64,000 bases of DNA, from IMG/VR virus record IMGVR_UViG_3300042387_002391. The stretch is one strand, 5' to 3'. The notes beneath the pieces were generated by a model that was not told the DNA's origin, ran no database searches, and saw only the letters and a program-made list of their open reading frames with translations. Positions 29,192 through 38,438 of this stretch are shown piece by piece. Source of the DNA: a virus. The translations under genes and the position numbers were made by a program. How positions within the stretch are numbered: position 1 is the stretch's first letter; every line of letters starts with the position of its first letter.

Positions 29192-29812
29192 TTATTTAAT
29201 GGCGTTCAGATTATTTTTCTTCTTTCTAATCATATTAAATTGATTAAATTGAAAATCCGCAGTAGTTTCAAGAATTTCTCCGTCTCTATAAGAATAGTTA
29301 ATTCCTCTCAAATTTGTAATAAAAGCATTGTGATAAACAAATTCGACAACAGTTTCATTATATTCATTCAGTGCAAGAATTGAAAAAGTGGTTTGATATT
29401 CATTAACCATTCCGCTTTCCATGCTTGCTGCAGCAGTCATCAAAGCTCCTGGTGTTCCATCATAAATACTCAAGCGCGGATCATTCAAAACAGCAAGCCA
29501 TCTCCACAACACATAATAATTTTTATAATCATTATCAACAACAAAGTTAACAGAAATTGGGGGATGGTTTGGACGATGGTGTGAAGAAAAGTTCAGTGTC
29601 TGACCGACCCAATCTACTTCCACGGCTGGTACAGTAATGTCTGGCACAATTGTTCCGTGAACACTAATTTGCACAGAATCAATATCTAAGTCTGGATCGG
29701 TTTTGCTCATCTCTCTTAAAATCTTCGGAAGAGTTAAGACAAGAATAAACTTATCCTTCGAAGCAACGTTCAAAGGAGACTGGAGTGTTGGATTTTGGCA
29801 AATTTCAGACAT
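29192..29812 (-). CDS. tail completion / tube-like protein (T4 gp3-like)
   Basis: VNFVVDNDYKNY..LWRWL, FVYHNAF..L.GI.Y, tube-fold pattern. Confidence 0.7.
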   Translation of the reverse strand: MSEICQNPTLQSPLNVASKDKFILVLTLPKILREMSKTDPDLDIDSVQISVHGTIVPDITVPAVEVDWVGQTLNFSSHHRPNHPPISVNFVVDNDYKNYYVLWRWLAVLNDPRLSIYDGTPGALMTAAASMESGMVNEYQTTFSILALNEYNETVVEFVYHNAFITNLRGINYSYRDGEILETTADFQFNQFNMIRKKKNNLNAIK

Positions 29813-31775
29813 CTTGGTTGTAATATGTGTATCCCATTTCTAGGAGCGATTCTTCATCTAAATCATACTTATCAAGAGTTTCAAGTTCTTTCTGAGTAAT
29901 TCCGAGAGCTGGATATGCAAGATTTTCTTCAGCAGCTGGTTTCGGAACAACTGAAGGATTTTTACTAAGATCTTTCAAATCATAATTTTCTGTAAAGTTT
30001 TCCCAGTAACCATTCGGAACAATTTTTAAAGGATGGTTCTGTAAGTCAAAATCTACAATCTGAAAGTATTGTTCGACTATTTCGGTTTTGAGAATGAATA
30101 AAGCCCAAGTAAGAGCCATAATTCTATCGTCGAAGAATTTATCTGTTCTTTTTTTATAAACGCCATTTGGATGTTTCACAAATGTTTCAAACTCAGAAAT
30201 TGTTTGCGGGTCGTTTATTTGTACGCATTGCAAATGATTTACCCAATATCTCATATTTCCAATTCCGTCACTTCTGATATTTGTATGAGAAAGTACTCCA
30301 AGATTTCTTGTTGTATTGTATTTGTCTGAAGTAGATATTTTTGAATATGCAACAATTTTTTCGTAATTGTGATGATAATGCAGAGCATCAATAACTTGGG
30401 CACCGCAATTGTTTCTTTCAATCAGTATTGGAGGCACACCCCAAGATTGTCCGATTGTTAGCAGTTTATTTGCAAAGTGGTATGGTTCAATAACTGCTGA
30501 ACCGTATACAGCCACTTGCTGAATGTTTTGAAGATCCGTTACATCAAGAATTTGAGCAACAGATGCTGCTCTTCCAATACCTTCTCCAACGTCTACTCCG
30601 ATTACATAAAGTTTATTCTTATCGGGATATTCAAAGACGCTGTAGTCACCTTCTTCTGAAGTCCAAATCGGAGGCTTTTTAGTTTGTTTAAATCTTTCTA
30701 TGAGAAGTGCTCCAACTGCTGAGGTGGAGTCGTCAAGGAAGCAATTATGAACTAGCACGCCGTTTGCATAGTAACAAGAACCATCAACACTTATGAGATC
30801 ATATACCCATCTTTTTTGTTTGATCTTTTTTATGTTAGTAATCTTTTGCAGTTCTCCTCGCTCTCCTTCTAAAAAATCTCCTACGCTTAGCGAATCAGCT
30901 ATCTTGAGTTCTCCTTCTACGATAAACGGATGCTTTAGTGACGCAACTATTTTTGTTCTGTCTGTTGTAAACTCTAAAACATTTTTCTTGAGTCTCTGAA
31001 CTCCTTTAAATGAACGAAGTCCCCAAGGTGTAGACACTTTTAAATTTTTGTCGTTAATAGCTACATTTTCTGAGAGCAATTCTTTAAAAAGATCGTATAA
31101 GTCTCGGATTTTATAAAATTTTGAATCTCCTTCGTTGCTTATGTAAACTTGTGACGAACCTCCTACGCAATTGTTAAATTCTTGCAAGAACTTTTCTTCT
31201 GATCCGAGAGCAGCAATCATTGTCTCTTTCCATGCTTGATCTCTTCCAGGAACTTCCCACCAATCAATTCTTTCTGCTTTCCAAGGCGGATTTAAGTTCT
31301 GTTCAGCCTGTGAATATATTTCGTAAAATTTATTTCCGACTCCCTGTGGCGTACTCACCAGTAATATTTTAGACTTTTTGCCAGACGAAATTGTAGGAAT
31401 AACCGATGACCAAAATTCTTCAAGCAAGTGTGTATTGTGATGGAGAACTCCGTTTGAGTAAAACATCCGACTAGGCACATCAACAATATCATACACAAAA
31501 TCTTTGTTTTTCAGCTTTTCTTTTGCAATAACTTTATCGAGACCACTCTTTGTTTGAATAATTCTATTCTTGCAATTTCTAACAAGCAAACTATCGCCCT
31601 TTTTGTCTATTAGTGAATGGTTTGCTGACGCTTTAAATGTTAAGCCAGATCTCGTTGTAATTTTATAAATGGACTTTGGTCGGTATTTGGCAACACCTTT
31701 AAAAACTTCCCATCCATTAGGCGTTTCTATTTTTATGCCTTTTGTATTTGGTTTAAACTCAATTAAATCCTTCAT
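29805..31775 (-). CDS. terL: terminase large subunit fragment 3 (IntC2 + ATPase C-part + mini-intein + nuclease)
   Basis: STPQG coupling motif, GVDVGEG nuclease motif, ERNN, DDRIMA; begins with 114 aa intein C-fragment ending HN|T. Confidence 0.93.
   Translation of the reverse strand: MKDLIEFKPNTKGIKIETPNGWEVFKGVAKYRPKSIYKITTRSGLTFKASANHSLIDKKGDSLLVRNCKNRIIQTKSGLDKVIAKEKLKNKDFVYDIVDVPSRMFYSNGVLHHNTHLLEEFWSSVIPTISSGKKSKILLVSTPQGVGNKFYEIYSQAEQNLNPPWKAERIDWWEVPGRDQAWKETMIAALGSEEKFLQEFNNCVGGSSQVYISNEGDSKFYKIRDLYDLFKELLSENVAINDKNLKVSTPWGLRSFKGVQRLKKNVLEFTTDRTKIVASLKHPFIVEGELKIADSLSVGDFLEGERGELQKITNIKKIKQKRWVYDLISVDGSCYYANGVLVHNCFLDDSTSAVGALLIERFKQTKKPPIWTSEEGDYSVFEYPDKNKLYVIGVDVGEGIGRAASVAQILDVTDLQNIQQVAVYGSAVIEPYHFANKLLTIGQSWGVPPILIERNNCGAQVIDALHYHHNYEKIVAYSKISTSDKYNTTRNLGVLSHTNIRSDGIGNMRYWVNHLQCVQINDPQTISEFETFVKHPNGVYKKRTDKFFDDRIMALTWALFILKTEIVEQYFQIVDFDLQNHPLKIVPNGYWENFTENYDLKDLSKNPSVVPKPAAEENLAYPALGITQKELETLDKYDLDEESLLEMGYTYYNQDV
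30744..31169 (-). mobile_element. contiguous mini-intein (142 aa) in TerL
   Basis: QEFNN|CVGG...ASLKH...VYDL...YYANGVLVHN|CFL. Confidence 0.92.
31434..31775 (-). mobile_element. split intein C-fragment IntC2 (114 aa)
   Basis: TPNGW, ASANH, VYDIVDV, FYSNGVLHHN|T. Confidence 0.9.
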
Positions 31776-32938
31776 AATTGATTATATAACTCATCTATGG
31801 TTGAAGAAACAATTTGATTTTCAGAGTTCATCAGATTAATTTTTGAGTCTCCTTGGAGACACTCTATGAACGCACATTCGTCAACCATGACGCAATTATG
31901 CGCTTGCAAACCGTTTGCAAAAAAGTGATGGTGCTCTGTCTCAATTACATCAAAAACTTCTGTTAGTTTATTCTTAGAAATTTCTTCAATCGAAATTATT
32001 TTTTCTGGTCCGTCAACGGTTTGAATAATATCACTAATGCTGAAATTTTTTGCTTGCTTAAATTCCGACGAGTTAAAAAATAACAAATGATCTTCTGTAC
32101 AAGAAACTTCCTTTTTGCTTTCTGTAGTTAATTTTAAAATGGGACTACTGACAGTGCTTCTTTTAATTCCCGAAAAGCTGCTCCAACCTGTTCCGGTTAG
32201 TACTTTAGAATTTTGTGTATTAAGCTTTTGTTTGAGTGTTTGCTCAAAAGGATTCCCAAATATTTCAAAAGCTTTTGATAATGTTATCTCTCTCTGATCA
32301 GACTCTCTGTCGTTAATTGTTATTTTGCAATCTCCTGTAAGACAGTTTAAAGAATCGCCGCGAATAGAAGTAGCTGTCGTAGTCGAAACTATAATGCTCG
32401 AGTCGTTGCCGAGCGTCATTCCAGTTTTTGCATAATCTTTTACACCTGGTTTGATATAGTTTGGAAGCTGTTCGTAAGCCATCCTAATTCTTTTAAAAAT
32501 GTTGATTGCTGTTGTTTCTTTATTAGCTACAATAGCAACTCTATAGTCGTCATGAAAACAAACCATCCAAAGTGAAAAGATAGTAAGAAGTGTCGAATTG
32601 TGAGACAAAATACCGTTAGAATAAAATCTGTGATTATCATCTTTCACAGCAACGTCATACATATTTTCGATCTTATCTGTCTTTTTGATTGAAGTAATTT
32701 TTTGAAGGCCCTTTTCTGTCATGATCTCATCGCCCTCTCGAAGATCTTTTACATAAACTTCTTGCAAATATTTTTTGTAGACAATGTGTTCGTCAGCACA
32801 CTCTAGAAAAAAATTTTTAGTTTTAATTTTCCAGACTTGGTACGGAATAGTTTTGTAAGCAGCCTCAAGATCTTGCCAGCCACTGTCAGTCATTATTTCG
32901 TAATCTGAAATTTTTCTTGTTTCGATGATTTCTGCCAT
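31772..32938 (-). CDS. terL: terminase large subunit fragment 2 (IntC1 + ATPase core + mini-intein + Walker B + IntN2)
   Basis: extein STLLTIF..VANK..IRG and CVMVDECAFIE (Walker B). Confidence 0.93.
   Translation of the reverse strand: MAEIIETRKISDYEIMTDSGWQDLEAAYKTIPYQVWKIKTKNFFLECADEHIVYKKYLQEVYVKDLREGDEIMTEKGLQKITSIKKTDKIENMYDVAVKDDNHRFYSNGILSHNSTLLTIFSLWMVCFHDDYRVAIVANKETTAINIFKRIRMAYEQLPNYIKPGVKDYAKTGMTLGNDSSIIVSTTTATSIRGDSLNCLTGDCKITINDRESDQREITLSKAFEIFGNPFEQTLKQKLNTQNSKVLTGTGWSSFSGIKRSTVSSPILKLTTESKKEVSCTEDHLLFFNSSEFKQAKNFSISDIIQTVDGPEKIISIEEISKNKLTEVFDVIETEHHHFFANGLQAHNCVMVDECAFIECLQGDSKINLMNSENQIVSSTIDELYNQL
31775..31861 (-). mobile_element. split intein N-fragment IntN2 (29 aa)
   Basis: AFIE|CLQGDSKINL...STIDELYNQL then stop. 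Confidence 0.88.
31895..32344 (-). mobile_element. contiguous mini-intein (150 aa) in TerL
   Basis: RGDSLN|CLTGD...CTEDH...VFDV...FFANGLQAHN|CVMVDE. Confidence 0.93.
32597..32938 (-). mobile_element. split intein C-fragment IntC1 (114 aa)
   Basis: TDSGW, CADEH, MYDV, FYSNGILSHN|S. Confidence 0.92.
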
Positions 32939-32943
32939 TTTCT

Positions 32944-34359
32944 TTAATTAGTTTGTTTAATTTCTTTTAAAACAGGAGGCTCTAAAAGAAATTCTAAGCA
33001 AGTGTTAAGAATTTTTTGTTTGTCTTTGTAATAATCCATTTCTGGAATGTGCAAAATCTTGCAGTTAATTGCTTCTACAATTTGTTGATCTCTTTTTTGA
33101 TCATTTTGAGTTCCTCTTCGATTTCTTTCGTCGTGCCAATATGCTCCATCAAATTCAATGCACTTGTTAATGCTCTTAATAAAGAAATCCAACCTTCTGT
33201 AAGTAGTAGATGTTTGAACTTTGTATTCAAGAGTTTTTCCCGTATCTTCTTTAGCACCATTGTTAAAGGTTGCAAAGAAAATATCCGAAGGATCAAACAA
33301 TTGTTTTATTTTCTCGTAAATTGACCAAAATAATTCTTGTGAAACCTTTGAATATACAGAAGATTTGTTTGAATCCATCCATTTTTTTGTAATTCCTTTT
33401 CTAATTTCTGTTGCTTCTTCAAACGAGCATTCGTGTCTCCTAGCAATAGCTTCTACAGAATTTGTTGTTTGTCTTTCTCTCACTTTTTCTTTTGCCTCTT
33501 CTTCTGTATATCCTCTTTTCAACCAATAACCTTTTTGGTTTGGCATATTTTGAAGTTCTTTTTGTCTTTGGCTAATTTTTTCTCCGTTATCGTTTCTATT
33601 CTCAAATTTGTTGTGCCACAAAACGTTGCAAGACGAATTGTGACAAAAGTTTCTGTAGCCTGCTTCAATATTGTAGAACGGAACTGGTTTACAGCACCAT
33701 TTACAAGTGCCTGTTGCAGAAGGATCAACATATTTTTTGTAGTAGTCCTCCAGAGGCATTTGCAATTTTGCTATGTGCAATGAAAGTCTGCTGAGAGAGG
33801 GAAATTTTTCGCCGTCAATTGCGCATTGATATGTTAAATCGTCTGTTGTATATACGCCTTTCTTGAGTTTAGAATCTCTGTTATAGTGAAGCGTGCAGCA
33901 AGCATTTGTTCTAGTTTGTTCATAAGGAACTTTGTTGTCGCAAGAAGCAAGTCTGCATTTTGTATCATCCAAAATGTATTTGTTGTAAAGAAATTTTTTC
34001 TGCTCACTAGAGAAGTTATTTTTTGTCATGCACAAAGCAATTCCTGCCCAACCTGAAAAATAATTGTTGATTTCTTCTACGTATATAAAATTTTTGATGG
34101 CTGATTTGCATTTTTCTTTGTCCTTGTATTTTTTAAAAGTCTTTTTAATAATCACTCCGCAAAACAAGCCGCAAGATTTATATGTCTCGTAAGTTAGTTT
34201 GCGGTCAGTAATCATGCACCTCGGACATATGTCGGAAGTAAAAATAAAGGTATCATAAAAATTCTTGACGTTGTTCTTTCCCTCTTTTGTAGACACAGCT
34301 CTCAGCAGGCCTGTAACGTTGTTGTAATTTTTATTTTGGTAGGTTATATGGTTTGCCAT
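32944..34359 (-). CDS. free-standing homing endonuclease (Vsr/DUF559-like C-terminal nuclease, Cys-rich N-terminus)
   Basis: LDFFI....CIEFDGAYWH...KRD...ILHIPE; lies between the halves of split intein 1. Confidence 0.82.
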   Translation of the reverse strand: MANHITYQNKNYNNVTGLLRAVSTKEGKNNVKNFYDTFIFTSDICPRCMITDRKLTYETYKSCGLFCGVIIKKTFKKYKDKEKCKSAIKNFIYVEEINNYFSGWAGIALCMTKNNFSSEQKKFLYNKYILDDTKCRLASCDNKVPYEQTRTNACCTLHYNRDSKLKKGVYTTDDLTYQCAIDGEKFPSLSRLSLHIAKLQMPLEDYYKKYVDPSATGTCKWCCKPVPFYNIEAGYRNFCHNSSCNVLWHNKFENRNDNGEKISQRQKELQNMPNQKGYWLKRGYTEEEAKEKVRERQTTNSVEAIARRHECSFEEATEIRKGITKKWMDSNKSSVYSKVSQELFWSIYEKIKQLFDPSDIFFATFNNGAKEDTGKTLEYKVQTSTTYRRLDFFIKSINKCIEFDGAYWHDERNRRGTQNDQKRDQQIVEAINCKILHIPEMDYYKDKQKILNTCLEFLLEPPVLKEIKQTN

Positions 34360-34422
34360 AAAGTTATTTATCTACCTTTAAGGCCTTTTCAACTTTGACT
34401 CGAAACTAAAATTGCTGCTAGA

Positions 34423-35199
34423 CTATTTAGAAGCTAGTTCGAACAAGTCTTTGACTGAAATTTCCTGTATTTCTCCAGTCTTTTTGTTGCGAACCTTTAT
34501 AATACTTTCAGATTGAAGGCACTTCCCAACTTGGCGAGATGAAAGAACGCAAGCCATACGCTCTCGGACAAACGTTCTCAGAACTCTTCTCTGAGCCTCA
34601 TACAACTCAATCCTTACTTTGCCTTTATCAAGGTTTATAATATAAAAAAAGTTTTCTGCAAAATAAATGATATCGTCTTTGCATTTTACTAACTCACTAA
34701 CCATGTCTGCAGTAAACTCATACTGAGCTCCTGCTACTGGAATGTTTTTAGAACCTCTATAATAATATGAAGGATCGATTGGTTCTTGGTTAATAATTTT
34801 TTGTGTGGAAGTATTATAACCAGCTTCTGTAAATTTATCGTCGTCTAGAGTAGCATTCAGCAAATCATTCTCTGTTACTTTTGGAGCTTTGGTTTTTTTT
34901 ACAGGTTTCGCTTCCAAGGTTTGAGAAACCTCGAACTCTTCCTTCTCTTTCTTTTCTTTCTTCTCTAACTGCTTAACGGTTGGAATTCTAATAACCTTTC
35001 CGTCTTTTTTAATAATAGGTGGTCTACCAATTGGTCTTTTCTTCCCAGACCCTTTCGGACGTCCTCTCCTTGGCTTATTTTTAACGCCCTTTGGACGCCC
35101 TCCCTTATTCTTAAAAACTGGCTGCTCTTGCTGAGAGTGCTCGTTGCTTTGAGAAATTTCTGGAGCTGCTTGGTTATCTTGTTCTGACTGTTCTTCCAT
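34423..35199 (-). CDS. terL: terminase large subunit fragment 1 (N-terminus to Walker A + IntN1)
   Basis: YRGSKNI, KCKDDIIYFAENF, LYEAQ, SSRQVGK; N-terminal GRP (AT-hook-like) repeats. Confidence 0.92.
   Translation of the reverse strand: MEEQSEQDNQAAPEISQSNEHSQQEQPVFKNKGGRPKGVKNKPRRGRPKGSGKKRPIGRPPIIKKDGKVIRIPTVKQLEKKEKKEKEEFEVSQTLEAKPVKKTKAPKVTENDLLNATLDDDKFTEAGYNTSTQKIINQEPIDPSYYYRGSKNIPVAGAQYEFTADMVSELVKCKDDIIYFAENFFYIINLDKGKVRIELYEAQRRVLRTFVRERMACVLSSRQVGKCLQSESIIKVRNKKTGEIQEISVKDLFELASK
34426..34521 (-). mobile_element. split intein N-fragment IntN1 (32 aa)
   Basis: RQVGK|CLQSESIIKVRNKKTGEIQEISVKDLFELASK then stop. Confidence 0.92.
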
Positions 35200-35230
35200 G
35201 GCTTCTAATTAGCCCTCAGAAGCACCTTTT

Positions 35231-35581
35231 TCAAGGTCTGTTATTAGCAATCTCGAGAAACGTTGCTCGCATAAGATCTACCAAAGCAGCTTCGTCTCTT
35301 GGAGTATTTGCATTAAAAACACACACTTGTTCTCCCTGCAAAGTATAACCAACAATGGAAAAGCAACTCAAATATTCTTCAGTCATCAAAGTCAGATGAT
35401 CAATTTCTTTGTGCTTTTGCTTTTTGTCCTGCAAGACTTCATTCTTATGTCTCGCAAGTGCCTGAGCAAATAATTGGTTTATTTCAACCTTTTCGGTTTT
35501 TGAAGCTGGCTTAATACTCTCTGCAGCCAAATTTTGTTTCTTTTTAGTTTTTGCAGAAGTGCTTGTTTTTTTAGTAGCCAT
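35231..35581 (-). CDS. hypothetical protein
   Basis: 116 aa ORF. Confidence 0.75.
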   Translation of the reverse strand: MATKKTSTSAKTKKKQNLAAESIKPASKTEKVEINQLFAQALARHKNEVLQDKKQKHKEIDHLTLMTEEYLSCFSIVGYTLQGEQVCVFNANTPRDEAALVDLMRATFLEIANNRP

Positions 35582-35585
35582 AAAT

Positions 35586-35912
35586 TTAAAGTTCTTGATC
35601 TTTGATTGAAACTCCTTTTCCGATGATTCCGTGCCTTACAAGATGTTCAATAATAACTTCAAATGAAGAAGTTTGGATTTTTAAGCGACCTGGAATGTAT
35701 TGGTTGCCGTCATACAATTCAAAGAATGATTCGTTGATGTAAGGATCATTTATATAGCAAGTAAACCAAACCGAAGCAACTCCAGGATCAACCATAATTG
35801 ACCAGGCTCTCGGATCGTTTTCTCCGTAATCTACAAAGAGCTTGTGAGCAACATAGCCGGAATCTCTGAATCTCTTCAGAGTATAACCAAGCGTTGTTAG
35901 TTTGTTTGCCAT
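35586..35912 (-). CDS. conserved hypothetical protein (start MANKLTT)
   Basis: DPRAWSIMVDPG motif; TAATTA motif upstream. Confidence 0.75.
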   Translation of the reverse strand: MANKLTTLGYTLKRFRDSGYVAHKLFVDYGENDPRAWSIMVDPGVASVWFTCYINDPYINESFFELYDGNQYIPGRLKIQTSSFEVIIEHLVRHGIIGKGVSIKDQEL

Positions 35913-35994
35913 GTTTTTAATTACTACTAATAATGCACTAGGTCTAGCAAAAGACAATAACGAAAAAAAAAACAATTTTAGATAAGTAAATTAT

Positions 35995-36738
35995 ATGTCT
36001 ATTAAAATTTACGATAAAGCCAAGATCTTCGGAAAAACAAAAGTGGTAGTCGGTTCTAATGAGGAGATTCCTACTTCGAGTTACAGCGTAGTTTTTGGAG
36101 ATGGTTACACGGACGAACCAATAACAGAAGCTAACGAAGGTTCGTATGTTTCATTAACTTTATTAACTTTAGAAACTGATGCCCCGAACGGAACTGAAAT
36201 TCCTTACACCATAACCGGCATTTCCGAACAAGATTCATCATTACCTTTGAATGGAGTATTTGTTGTTGGCGTTGACCAACAACGTCGCTTTACTGTGGCA
36301 GAAGACTTCTTAACAGAAGGACCAGAAACAATGGTCATTACTTTAGATGGAATTACTCCAACTGTTTCTGCTGCTTTAGTTATTAATGATACTTCTACGA
36401 CTCCTGTTCCAACTTATACTCCGTTTTTTGGTGACGGTAACTATGTTAACTTATTAACAGAAGCTAATGAGGGTGATTACACGGTATATGTATTACAGAC
36501 TACAAATGTAACCCAAGGAACAGTAATACCTTACACTATAACAGGCATTTCTCCAAGCGACATCAATGTTCCTCTTCAAGGAAGTTTAGTAATTGAAGCA
36601 AATCGTGAGGGATATATCTTCTTTACAATAGCTGATGACCTCTCAACAGAAGGACCAGAAACAATGGTCATTACTTTAGATGGAATTACTCCAACTGTTT
36701 CTGCTGCTTTAGTTATTAATGATACTTCTACAGAGTAA
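35995..36738 (+). CDS. two-repeat Calx-beta/Ig-like acidic protein (virion-surface candidate)
   Basis: duplicated EANEG...IPYTITGIS...D..TEGPET module; TAGATAAGTA at 35979-35988. Confidence 0.75.
   Translation: MSIKIYDKAKIFGKTKVVVGSNEEIPTSSYSVVFGDGYTDEPITEANEGSYVSLTLLTLETDAPNGTEIPYTITGISEQDSSLPLNGVFVVGVDQQRRFTVAEDFLTEGPETMVITLDGITPTVSAALVINDTSTTPVPTYTPFFGDGNYVNLLTEANEGDYTVYVLQTTNVTQGTVIPYTITGISPSDINVPLQGSLVIEANREGYIFFTIADDLSTEGPETMVITLDGITPTVSAALVINDTSTE
36312..36731 (+). repeat. 87-bp perfect direct repeat (36312-36398 = 36645-36731)
   Basis: direct comparison of the two copies. Confidence 0.92.
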
Positions 36739-36752
36739 TTTTGCATTCAAAC

Positions 36753-37469
36753 TCACTTAACAAGTCCAGAAGCAATATATTTCAAATAAGGGGTAACAAA
36801 TTTAAAGATCTTGAGCTTGTGATTAATAGAGACTTTAATAGTTTCGTGAGCAAATGACATCAGAAGAATGTTCTGAATATTCAGAGGTACATTCTCAATA
36901 ATTGGACTTCCTTGAAATTGCAGAGCTGCTTCACAAACAATCTCGTTTGTATTTGCTCTCTGTTCATCACCAATTTTCGCAAACACCTTGCCTTCTTTTG
37001 TAACAAAATAAAGTTTTTCAGCATCTGGAATAATTGAATTAAATTTCAAAATTTCCGAGAACTTTGATTTAGAAATTTCGAAGGTGGTATCGAACTCAAT
37101 AGCATTCAGTTTCTCTTCACTGATTGATTTCTTTGCAACCATATAGCTCTCATCAAGCAAATGATACTTGAAAGAAATTGTTGGGCTGATATATTCAATA
37201 GCATTTGTTCCAACAACCAAACTTATCTCATCTTGCTCAATGCCAGCAAATAGTCTCAAAAACGTTTTGCAATCAGGAATAATACATTTGAAAGGCTGCT
37301 CACACTTGCTTGGAAGAGAAGCAAGAAGAATTGTTGCATTGTCAACAGAAGTTACGAGAGTCTTTATTGTTCCATCTTCCTGAACATCCAAACAAATATT
37401 ATCAGAAATTTTTGAAGCAGGACCAAGAAGATTATCGACAAATGTGCGCCGGTCAAGTTTAATTGTCAT
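36753..37469 (-). CDS. sliding clamp (T4 gp45-like)
   Basis: 238 aa, clamp-like beta/alpha pattern, replication block context. Confidence 0.65.
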   Translation of the reverse strand: MTIKLDRRTFVDNLLGPASKISDNICLDVQEDGTIKTLVTSVDNATILLASLPSKCEQPFKCIIPDCKTFLRLFAGIEQDEISLVVGTNAIEYISPTISFKYHLLDESYMVAKKSISEEKLNAIEFDTTFEISKSKFSEILKFNSIIPDAEKLYFVTKEGKVFAKIGDEQRANTNEIVCEAALQFQGSPIIENVPLNIQNILLMSFAHETIKVSINHKLKIFKFVTPYLKYIASGLVK

Positions 37470-37966
37470 TTGATGCGACTGACTCTCTTACTTTTTACTT
37501 GGATGTCAACTTCGTCGAGACGATTTGCGATGCGCTCAAGATTGCTATTAATCTTTTCAAAAATGGCTTGCAACTTACTATCAAAAGCAGGAGCAGCAAT
37601 TGGAGCAATTTGTTGAGCAAGAGATGGAGCAGGAGCTTGCTGAACATAATGTTGCTCTTGAATTGGAGAAATTGTCTGCTCATTGATTGGATAAGAGTTT
37701 TCTGCTTCTCTTTGAAGAAGCGCAAGCATTTCTTTCTCTTTGTTGTTCTGGAAGTTGTGCTGAGGAAATCCTTGTGTGAGGATTTGTTTTGGATCAATGC
37801 GAGTTGCTTGTTGAGTTGCACTGGTTCTTTCTGTAGTATTGTGATCAACTCTCAGAAGCTCGCTTCCAAAGATTTGAGCAATTTGTGCTGCTGCGATTTT
37901 GTCTTCAGTAATCATTTGGTTTACCTTAAACCACTTTTTAAATGTTTCAACTAGATTTTTGAACAT
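37466..37966 (-). CDS. hypothetical protein
   Basis: Q/A/P-rich linker; start may be MITEDK at 37915. Confidence 0.7.
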   Translation of the reverse strand: MFKNLVETFKKWFKVNQMITEDKIAAAQIAQIFGSELLRVDHNTTERTSATQQATRIDPKQILTQGFPQHNFQNNKEKEMLALLQREAENSYPINEQTISPIQEQHYVQQAPAPSLAQQIAPIAAPAFDSKLQAIFEKINSNLERIANRLDEVDIQVKSKRVSRIK

Positions 37967-38285
37967 TGAGATTTATGGGATATTTGGGTTCCAACCAAAG
38001 CTGCGTGTCGTCAAATATTTCAACAGAGTTTGTGTAATTAAAGCGTTCTAACGCTTTCTTAACCTCTGATGTTTCTTCTGAAGAAAGAGGACTTGTTAGA
38101 AATATAACCGTTTTAAAAGATTTTGGCGGAGTTGTTATTTCATGCCTTTCGACTTTTTTGTCGATAATTTTTAAAACTTCTTCAGTTAATTTTTCGATCT
38201 CTGGAGAAGAAAACAAACCTTCTTCAAAGCAGTATTTGTCAAATTCTTCTTGAAGTAATTGGCTAAATTTTTTAGTCATGCTCAC
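37947..38285 (-). CDS. truncated paralog of the N-terminal module of 9756..10523
   Basis: shared EEGL..S and LEPKYPI. Confidence 0.55.
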   Translation of the reverse strand: MSMTKKFSQLLQEEFDKYCFEEGLFSSPEIEKLTEEVLKIIDKKVERHEITTPPKSFKTVIFLTSPLSSEETSEVKKALERFNYTNSVEIFDDTQLWLEPKYPINLNVQKSS

Positions 38286-38383
38286 AAGACATTCTAAAGA
38301 GTTTTTTGAAAATGTTAACTAGATAAATTAAAGAATCATTTTATTGTTTTTGACATGATCTTTTTTTATACAAAAAGACAAAA

Positions 38384-38411
38384 AAAAAGAGCTTCCGAAG
38401 AAGCTCTTTTT
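38384..38411 (-). terminator. intrinsic terminator after folE2
   Basis: AAAAAGAGCTTC-CGAA-GAAGCTCTTTTT. Confidence 0.85.
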
Positions 38412-38438
38412 AACATTTTCGAAACGTTCACTGTGAGA

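Noticed and set aside
36312-36731. DGR template/variable repeat pair
   Set aside because: The copies are identical with no adenine-specific mismatches, and there is no reverse transcriptase in the window.
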